A stretch of 13,987 bases of DNA, taken from NCBI GenBank assembly GCA_038243585.1, contig JBBSQY010000067.1, forward strand, positions 1 through 13,987, written 5' to 3'. Position 1 is the first letter of the stretch; every line of letters starts with the position of its first letter. The notes beneath the pieces are model-generated. The model did not search any database and was not told the origin of the DNA. It saw nothing but the letters and a program-made list of their open reading frames with translations. The position numbers and the translations under genes are program-made. This DNA comes from Candidatus Sumerlaeales bacterium (GTDB taxonomy: Bacteria; Sumerlaeota; Sumerlaeia; Sumerlaeales; Sumerlaeaceae). Shown here piece after piece: positions 8,075 through 13,987 of the stretch.

Positions 8075-8938
8075 ATGCAGGATGATAACGAAGTAGAAAT
8101 GGAAGTCTTTCGCACCGGAGACTACGGCGCGAAAGGGTCATACTCGCCAGCAGATTTGCAACGGATGGCGGATGATTACCGGCCCGATCTGCTGGAAGCA
8201 CCATTAACATTCGACCATGCCCAGACGGGGCCGGCCTATGGCTGGGTAAGCCGGTTACGCTGCGACGGAGATCGCCTGGTTGCGGCGCTCAAAGGCGTGC
8301 CGGAGGCCGTGCGAGAGGCCGTGAAAAGCGGGGCTTATAAGCGCCGCAGCGTGGAGCTGTTTCGCAAGCTGCCCCACACCGGCAGGCCATATCTCCGGGC
8401 GGTATCGCTACTCGGCGCGGCCACGCCCGAAGTGAAGGGGCTGCGCGATGTTTGCTTCGCCGCAAACAACGACGCGTTGCAGGTGGAGCTGGACACAAGC
8501 GCGGCGGAGGCCGAGGTTCCGCAGTTTTCTTTCGCGGCCATGCACGCCCAGTTGCTAGAGAGCCGGCTGGCGCTGATATTTTCAGAGCTGCGGGCAGATG
8601 GTTACTGCCTGGCAGATCGGGACGCACAGGCTATCCGCCGGATCGTGACCGGCCCCCGGAGCGAAGCATCAACGGCGCAGTTTGACGACAGCGTTGCCGG
8701 CGTGACCCTCGACTGGCTGTCCGGGTTTTTGCGTCAGACGCTACTGCGGGCGCCCCTTGGCGAAGCCGCGACCCCCGCCTCGAACGGCACTAGGATTCCG
8801 CGCTTTTCTGAGGGATCGCAACTGGTCGTCGGCCACACAGACCCACGATCCATCGCCCTGCACACGAACGCGCTGCAAATCCAGTCCCAGTCGCCAGGCA
8901 TGGCGTACCGCGATGCGCTCAGGCAGGCATCACGTTAG
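8075..8938 (+). CDS. Mu-like prohead protease with fused scaffold region
   Basis: EVFRTG...DL..MA..Y.P...EAPL.FDH....PAYGWV..L...G..L.A....V.......V..G.YK.RSVE...YLRAV.LLGA..PEVKGL, with putative catalytic H (FDH) and S (RRS). The tail D..S..LH..A...Q.....MAY.DAL is scaffold-like. SD AAAGGA lies upstream. Confidence 0.85.
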   Translation: MQDDNEVEMEVFRTGDYGAKGSYSPADLQRMADDYRPDLLEAPLTFDHAQTGPAYGWVSRLRCDGDRLVAALKGVPEAVREAVKSGAYKRRSVELFRKLPHTGRPYLRAVSLLGAATPEVKGLRDVCFAANNDALQVELDTSAAEAEVPQFSFAAMHAQLLESRLALIFSELRADGYCLADRDAQAIRRIVTGPRSEASTAQFDDSVAGVTLDWLSGFLRQTLLRAPLGEAATPASNGTRIPRFSEGSQLVVGHTDPRSIALHTNALQIQSQSPGMAYRDALRQASR

Positions 8939-8958
8939 GATAGGCATTCCTGCCCGTC
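8936..8958 (+). repeat. REP-like element, solo copy, overlapping the protease stop codon
   Basis: TAGGATAGGCATTCCTGCCCGTC matches 9432-9454 at 22/23 positions. Confidence 0.7.
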
Positions 8959-9038
8959 CGACAGCCCTCCTCAGCGATTCCAGCCCTGCCAAATTTAGCT
9001 CAAATAACACTAAACCGATCACGAAAGGATCAAACATA

Positions 9039-9428
9039 ATGGCCATCTACCTGATGGATAAGACGTATCGCATCACCAACTCCGGAGGTGTCGCATCCGC
9101 CCGGGTGGTTGTGGCGGGAGTAAGCTCAGGACACTGCGCGCTGCCCGCAGCCGCCAACGCGGGAAAGATTCTGGGCGTTACCGTAACGTCACAGCCAGAG
9201 CTTGGGCGCGGGGTCAGCGTGCGCAAGGCGGGCATAGTCGATGTGGTCGCTGCGGGGGCCATCTCCGCCGGGTCGCCGGTCAATATCGCCGACGCCACCG
9301 GCCGGGTGAAACTGGTTAACGAGAGTATCGGCACGAAAGTCCAATGCCTGGGTTTCGCCGAAACCAGCGCCAGTTCCGCAGGCGATGTGGTCGAAGTATT
9401 TATCTCCGTCCACGAGCGCACAATCTAA
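9039..9428 (+). CDS. Capsid cement/decoration protein (DUF2190-like), 129 aa
   Basis: True start inferred at ATG 9039 after SD AAAGGA (9024-9029). Gly/Ala/Val-rich ILGVT......G..VSVR..GIVDVVAAGAISAGSPV...ATGRV...LGFAETSASSAGDVVEV. It lies between protease and capsid, the usual position. Confidence 0.8.
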   Translation: MAIYLMDKTYRITNSGGVASARVVVAGVSSGHCALPAAANAGKILGVTVTSQPELGRGVSVRKAGIVDVVAAGAISAGSPVNIADATGRVKLVNESIGTKVQCLGFAETSASSAGDVVEVFISVHERTI

Positions 9429-9430
9429 AA

Positions 9431-9539
9431 GTAGGATGGGCATTCCTGCCCGTCGCAGTGGACCATGTTTAAATAAAGCGCCGACCCTGTCGCCCGACGG
9501 ATCGGCGAGCGATGGAGGACGGGCAGCAATGCCCATCCT
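9431..9539. repeat. REPIN-like inverted REP pair between the cement and capsid genes
   Basis: GTAGGATGGGCATTCCTGCCCGTC (9431-9454) and inverted GACGGGCAGCAATGCCCATCCT (9518-9539) are complementary at 21/22 positions. A small internal hairpin lies at 9490-9508. Confidence 0.75.
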
Positions 9540-9593
9540 CCAAATCGCGCTTCAGCGGGCCAACATAATCTTAAAAAAAAGGAAAACAAAAAC

Positions 9594-10532
9594 ATGCCTG
9601 AAGTACAGCAGGTTCATATCGACGCAGCGCTCACCAATCTGAGCGTTGCCTATAGAAACAACGACTACATAGCGGAGCTGATTGCCCCGCGGGTTGCCGT
9701 GCGAAAGCAAAGCGACCGCTACTATGTCTATGACGCGGAACGCGAATCAATCCGCGCCACCGACGACCTTCGCGCCCCCGGAAGCCTGGCCGGCGAAGTC
9801 GATTACACCCTCAGCACAGACAGCTACTATTGCAGCGATCACGCCCTGGCCAGCGCTGTCCCCGATGAAGAAAGGGAGAACGCAGACCCGATTATCCAGC
9901 CGGACATCGACCGGACGGAATTCCTGACGGAGCGGATCCTTCTCAACCAGGAGCTTGCGCTTGAAGAGCTCCTGCGCGGCAGTGCAGACATAGGCGAAAA
10001 GGTTCTGGGACCCGGCTCAGAATGGAACGAGGCGGGCAGCGATCCGGTGCTGGACGTGCAGGAGGCTCGCCTGGCGGTATTCTCCCAGTGTCAGCGCCGC
10101 GCCAATGTCATGGTGTTGCCCTATCACGTTTATGAGACCCTGCGCAATCACCCGGCGGTGATAGACCGTATCAAATACTCAACGCAGGGGGTCGTCACGC
10201 CAGACCTGCTGGCCCAGGTGTTCGATGTCGACCGCGTGCTGGTGCCACGGTGTTTTGTCAATAACGCCGCCAAGGGTCAGGCCGCGATCGTAGAGCCGCT
10301 GTGGCAATCCAACGCCTATCTGATGCATGTGGCAGAGCGCCCCGGCCTGAAACAGGTGACCCTCGCAGGGACTTTCGTGTGGAACGGGATGGCCGGAAGC
10401 ATAGACGGCCTGGTGGTGGAAAGATGGCGCGATCACGGACGCAAGGCAGACATGATTCGCGTAGAGAAATACTACGACATCAAGCTGATCGCCCCCGGCG
10501 CAGGATTCCGGATCAACAACACCATCGCGTAA
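9594..10532 (+). CDS. Major capsid protein (HK97 fold; lambda gpE / Mu-like-prophage type)
   Basis: HIDAALTNLSVAYRNNDYIAELIAPRVAV.KQS..YY.Y, W....SDPV.D, N.MVL...V...LRNHP.VIDRIKY...GVVT.DLLAQVFDVD.V.V, ...GAGF.I. It follows portal, protease and cement genes. SD AAAGGA lies upstream. Confidence 0.88.
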   Translation: MPEVQQVHIDAALTNLSVAYRNNDYIAELIAPRVAVRKQSDRYYVYDAERESIRATDDLRAPGSLAGEVDYTLSTDSYYCSDHALASAVPDEERENADPIIQPDIDRTEFLTERILLNQELALEELLRGSADIGEKVLGPGSEWNEAGSDPVLDVQEARLAVFSQCQRRANVMVLPYHVYETLRNHPAVIDRIKYSTQGVVTPDLLAQVFDVDRVLVPRCFVNNAAKGQAAIVEPLWQSNAYLMHVAERPGLKQVTLAGTFVWNGMAGSIDGLVVERWRDHGRKADMIRVEKYYDIKLIAPGAGFRINNTIA

Positions 10533-10543
10533 CAAAACCCGAA

Positions 10544-10578
10544 TCATGCACGCGCACGAGATCAGTGCGCGTGCATGA
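10544..10578. terminator. Perfect 14-bp stem-loop after the capsid gene
   Basis: TCATGCACGCGCAC-gagatca-GTGCGCGTGCATGA. There is no + strand U-tract; a T-rich tail occurs on the minus strand. Confidence 0.6.
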
Positions 10579-10625
10579 AATCGGGGCAAAAAAGAGAAGA
10601 CTCTATATAAAGAAAGGTTTAAAAT

Positions 10626-11009
10626 ATGGATCGCAAAGAAGTCGTTTACCAGGTCAACGGCGTTGCCGTGGCCTACTGGCGTCGCATGATCGCCGGCAAG
10701 ACATTCTGGATTGTCGTGGCCTTTGTTCTCACGGCGGCAGACCGCTGGAACAAGGGAGAAATATCCGGTGCCGATTTTTTTCAGATGGTACAGATCGGCG
10801 TAATAGGCATACTGATACGGACCGCCATGACCCGATCAGAACTCGCCGCCAACGCGGCAAACCCAAAAGTGGGAAGCGTCGGAGCAACCGAGAAAAAAGC
10901 AACCCTTCCGCCGGAACTGACAGGCATAGCGACCTGCCTGATAGCCGCCGGCGCACTGCTAACACTGGCAGCCTGCGCCCCCGGAACCGCAGGCATCAAC
11001 CTGGGCTAA
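10626..11009 (+). CDS. Small membrane protein, holin-like, with a C-terminal lipobox-like motif
   Basis: SD AAAGG upstream. Hydrophobic segments GKTFWIVVAFVLTAA, QMVQIGVIGILIRTAM and IATCLIAAGALLTLAAC. The holin call rests on size, topology and context only. Confidence 0.55.
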   Translation: MDRKEVVYQVNGVAVAYWRRMIAGKTFWIVVAFVLTAADRWNKGEISGADFFQMVQIGVIGILIRTAMTRSELAANAANPKVGSVGATEKKATLPPELTGIATCLIAAGALLTLAACAPGTAGINLG

Positions 11010-11016
11010 CCCCAAG

Positions 11017-11055
11017 CCGCATGATCCGCCCGAACGCCGACGGCGGATCATGCGG
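11017..11055. terminator. Perfect 14-bp stem-loop closing the head cassette
   Basis: CCGCATGATCCGCC, an 11-nt loop, then GGCGGATCATGCGG, starting 8 nt after the stop codon. Confidence 0.6.
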
Positions 11056-11255
11056 ACAGGCCACTTTTGATAGCCTCGATTTCTATGATGGCCTACATTG
11101 CATAGCACCGATTTCCCTAATAACATTTTATTTTTTTCACGGCCAAAGGTTTATTGAGCGTACCAGCCTGGCCCAAAGGCCCGTACCTCTTAAAAACAAT
11201 CGTCCCAGGCCTGAAAGCTCGTTGAGCATACAAGCTTGAGCCATAGCCCCCAGGT

Positions 11256-11378
11256 ATCGAATCATAAAGGGGCAACCGGCCCACACATCGTTTCATATTG
11301 GCCCACACATCGTTTCATACTAGGGAACCGGCCCTTGCATCGTATCATGCTGGGTTCAGCGGACAGAAATCGTGTCAT
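11256..11378 (+). repeat. Five direct ATCGNNTCAT motifs, including an exact 20-bp tandem duplication
   Basis: Motifs start at 11256, 11287, 11309, 11339 and 11369. GGCCCACACATCGTTTCATA occurs at 11278-11297 and 11300-11319. Confidence 0.75.
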
Positions 11379-11406
11379 ACGCAAAGTGCTAAAAGACATC
11401 CCCATT

Positions 11407-12121
11407 GCCGGCTTTAGCCGGCCAGTCTTTGCCCCCGCATTTATGCGGGGGGCTTTGATGGGATAAAGACCTTAGCCCGCTTTAGCGGGGCTTTCCCACC
11501 GCTTCAGCATCGTCACCGACACGATCCTGCTCGGCCTGGATATATCCATCATCATAGATGCCGCTGATTTCCAAAGTATCATTGATTTTCCCAGCACCTA
11601 CAAACCCGTGATGCTCCTTTTGCTTTTGTATGTACTCAACAATGGAGCTGGTTTGCCTTTTAGAAAAGCTGACCGCCCCGTATCCGCGTTGCCATAGCAG
11701 GGCTTTTCTACCGCAAACTTTGTTAATTTCAAATGAACTGGCGCCTTTAATTTTGCCTACAAAATCGCTGATCGTCACAAATGGTTCCATCTGAAATGCC
11801 AGATGGATGTGGGTTGGCGTGCCATTTAGCGCAAGCAGGTAAATGCCTTTCACCTGCCGACAGTGTTCGGCCATAAAAGCGAAAAGCGCCGGCTCTATAG
11901 AATCGCTAATCATGGGCTTATCATACTGGCAATGCCAGTTCAGATGTATAAATATTTCGCTGAAGACATGGCTTGAGCCAAATTTCATATTGTGTGCCAT
12001 TCTGTGGTGGGAGTTAAATGCTAAAGCGGTCGAGAAGCCCCGCTGAAGCGGGCTTGTCAATTAATTTGCAGCCAGCCCCCCGCATAAATGCGGGGGCAAA
12101 GACTGGCCGGCTAAAGCCGGC
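11407..12121 (-). mobile_element. RAYT / IS200-IS605-superfamily element: Y1 transposase gene bracketed by 104-bp composite inverted repeats of REP-like hairpins
   Basis: 11407-11454 is the exact reverse complement of 12074-12121 (48 bp). A 19-nt unrelated spacer follows on each side, then imperfect inverted blocks 11474-11510 and 12018-12054. No tnpB and no target-site duplication are seen. Confidence 0.85.
11482..12000 (-). CDS. tnpA: Y1 HUH transposase (IS200/IS605 TnpA-like; REP-associated tyrosine transposase)
   Basis: HLNW, NGTPTHIHL (HUH), VGKIKGASS, LWQRGYGAVSFS and YIQKQKEHH (catalytic Tyr). The start is ATG 12000 or 11988. The gene is visibly AT-richer than its neighbours. Confidence 0.9.
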   Translation of the reverse strand: MAHNMKFGSSHVFSEIFIHLNWHCQYDKPMISDSIEPALFAFMAEHCRQVKGIYLLALNGTPTHIHLAFQMEPFVTISDFVGKIKGASSFEINKVCGRKALLWQRGYGAVSFSKRQTSSIVEYIQKQKEHHGFVGAGKINDTLEISGIYDDGYIQAEQDRVGDDAEAVGKPR

Positions 12122-12290
12122 TACTGTGCATTAAATCCTGTGCTGTCGCGCAAAAACAAGTCGCGTCCTGAAGGGACGCAATGCAACCTGCCCCCGAGAC
12201 ACCTTTGTAATAAAATCATTAATGTATTTCTCACACCGATTCTAAGTTCTCCAACCAAAATTCCAAATTGATCCCACGGTATCGTCGACC

Positions 12291-13652
12291 ATGAGTATTT
12301 TAAAAGTCAACGCGCGCCTGGCGAGGCTCAAAGATCAGCTTCGTAATAACTACTGGCTGCTGCCCAGCGTAATGCTGGTTATCTCATTCGCGCTCGGCCT
12401 CGTAAGCCTCGCCGTCGATCGCCAGCTGGATCAGATTCCGTGGAAAACCGGATGGATTTATATGGGCGGGGCCGACGGCGCCAGGGCGCTGCTATCCACC
12501 CTTGCCGGGGCCACCCTCACCCTTGCCGGTGTCGTATTTTCCATGAATCTCGTTGCTCTTACCATGGCATCCGCCCAGTTCGGTCCGCGCCTGCTATACA
12601 ACTTCGTACGCGACTTTGGCAGCCAACTCACTTTAGGAACGTTCACCGCCATTTTTACTTTCTGCATGGTCGTGCTTCGCGAGGTACAGGGTGAGGATGG
12701 GTCCACGCAACAGTTCATCCCTCACATTTCCGTCAGCATCGCCGGCGTTATGGCGTTGTGCGGCCTGGGCGTTCTCATCTACTTTGTTCATCATGTGGCG
12801 GTGCAGATCCAGGCGCCGATCGTCATAGCCAACGTCGGACTTGAGCTGGAAAAGAGCATCAAAAGAGAATTTCGGAACAAGCTGGAGCCAGGTCAGGGGC
12901 GAACAGACTACAATGGCCAGCTTGACGAACGCGGCCAGCCAGAATTCGCACGAGACGCCTACCCGGTGGATGCACGGGAAAGCGGATACGTGCAGACTGT
13001 TGATTTTTCAAGACTCCTGGTGCTGGCCACCCGTTTCGATCTTACCCTCAAGCTGCTCCTTCGTCCCGGAGATTTTGCCATAGAAGGCACCGGGATGCTG
13101 CTCGCATCTCCGACAGACCGGGTAACGGATAAGATGGCCGATGAATTACAAAAGTGCATTGACCTGGGACGCCGTCGAAGCGCCGCCCAGGACATCGAGT
13201 TTATCGTAAACGAACTCTGCGAAGTAGGCGTGCGCGCCATGTCTCCCGCGATTAACGATCCCTTCACCTGCATCGGATGCGTCGATTGGCTGGCCGCGGC
13301 TCTGGAAGAGCTTTTCCAACGGGATTGTCCCGCAAGTTTCATCTGCGACGACGAAGACGAGCTCCGAATCGTTTGGGATCCGTTCACCCATGAGGGTATC
13401 ATGGACTCCGCATTTAACCAGATCCGGCAATTTGCCCACGCCAGCCCGGCGGTTATGCTACGGCTTTTGGAAGCTTATGCCCGCCTTGCGGGCCACGCAC
13501 GATCGGAGGCCGAGCGAACCAGCGTCCGCAAGCATGCAGATATGGCAATAAGAACAAGCCGCGACAGCTTTCGCGAGGTCAACGACGTCGCGGATGCGGA
13601 AGAACGATACAAAAAAGTCCTGGCCAATCTAGCCGCCGGCAGCGAAATTTAA
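12291..13652 (+). CDS. DUF2254 family predicted membrane protein
   Basis: YWLLP, GARALLSTLAGA.LT..GVVFS...VAL..AS.QFGPRLL.NF.RD...Q..LGTF...F, LIYFVHHVA..IQ, SGYVQ.VD, G..RS..QD..F....L.EV..RAMSPAINDP.T. Confidence 0.88.
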   Translation: MSILKVNARLARLKDQLRNNYWLLPSVMLVISFALGLVSLAVDRQLDQIPWKTGWIYMGGADGARALLSTLAGATLTLAGVVFSMNLVALTMASAQFGPRLLYNFVRDFGSQLTLGTFTAIFTFCMVVLREVQGEDGSTQQFIPHISVSIAGVMALCGLGVLIYFVHHVAVQIQAPIVIANVGLELEKSIKREFRNKLEPGQGRTDYNGQLDERGQPEFARDAYPVDARESGYVQTVDFSRLLVLATRFDLTLKLLLRPGDFAIEGTGMLLASPTDRVTDKMADELQKCIDLGRRRSAAQDIEFIVNELCEVGVRAMSPAINDPFTCIGCVDWLAAALEELFQRDCPASFICDDEDELRIVWDPFTHEGIMDSAFNQIRQFAHASPAVMLRLLEAYARLAGHARSEAERTSVRKHADMAIRTSRDSFREVNDVADAEERYKKVLANLAAGSEI

Positions 13653-13786
13653 GAACGATATCAAAGGCACGCGGGATGCGAGCATAAGAGAATGTGTAAA
13701 ATAAGTGTTTTAATCCTCGCATAGTTATATATTAATTGTCACGAGTAAAGGCATTGTCTATTTCTTCCCAATTGGATGGTCATATT

Positions 13787-13987
13787 ATGAAACACATACA
13801 GCAAGGCTTCACTCTCATCGAGCTGCTTATCGTGGTAGCCATCATTGCCATACTGGCGGCCATAGCAGTACCGAATTTTCTCGAAGCACAGACCCGCGCA
13901 AAGACAGCGCGGGTAAAAGCAGATATGCGAAGTATGTCGACTGCTCTGGAAACATACGTCGTAGACTATAACACCTATGTATATCAA
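13787..13987 (+). CDS. Second prepilin-type N-terminal cleavage/methylation protein; 3'-truncated and absent from the supplied ORF track
   Basis: Manual translation gives MKHIQQG|FTLIELLIVVAIIAILAAIAVPNFLEAQTRAKTARVKADMRSMSTALETYVVDYNTYVYQ, open to the window end. Confidence 0.9.
   Translation, partial: MKHIQQGFTLIELLIVVAIIAILAAIAVPNFLEAQTRAKTARVKADMRSMSTALETYVVDYNTYVYQ

Noticed and set aside
8757..9038. N-terminal extension of the cement ORF given in the track (223 aa)
   Set aside because: It overlaps the protease gene and a REP. The SD and the family-like sequence begin at ATG 9039.
6496..11009. Calling the region a complete prophage or an encapsulin locus
   Set aside because: There is no terminase, tail, integrase, att site or replication gene. 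The portal and prohead protease argue against a standard encapsulin.
10301..11239. 312-aa alternative-frame ORF
   Set aside because: Arg-rich shadow frame overlapping the capsid and membrane genes and two hairpins, with no recognisable motifs.
11256..11378. Possible mini CRISPR array
   Set aside because: The repeats are only 10-20 bp and degenerate, the spacers are too short and irregular, and no cas genes are present.
12001..12060. TTG start of tnpA at 12060, and TTGACA (minus strand, 12055-12060) as a -35 box
   Set aside because: The extension runs through the inverted-repeat arm, and no -10 hexamer lies 16-18 nt downstream of the TTGACA.
13739..13987. 82-aa minus-strand ORF in the track
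   Set aside because: It is antisense to the clear prepilin gene starting at 13787.

Overview
GC-rich bacterial chromosome segment. The style of its two GFTLIELLIVVAIIAILA-x-IA-xx-NFLEAQTRAK pseudopilin genes suggests a Sumerlaeota (BRC1)/PVC-like host, which is an inference only. In order, the window holds: a 5'-truncated DUF11/CARDB-like surface protein; an unannotated 57-aa RiPP-precursor-like ORF; a pseudopilin; a minus-strand operon of exported or membrane proteins; a divergent five-gene phage HEAD-ONLY cassette; a repeat-rich spacer; an IS200/IS605-superfamily (RAYT-like) Y1 HUH transposase inside 104-bp composite inverted repeats; a DUF2254 membrane protein; and the 5' end of a second pseudopilin. 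The head cassette comprises a Mu-type DUF935 portal, a prohead protease/scaffold, a DUF2190-like cement protein, a major capsid protein and a holin-like membrane protein. It is the main point of interest: its frames are intact, it has its own candidate promoter, no terminase, tail, integrase or replication gene flanks it, and REP-like hairpins sit at its gene junctions. It looks like a host-domesticated capsid system (GTA-like or a portal-bearing nanocompartment) rather than an ordinary prophage. All family calls come from motif recognition by eye, not database searches.
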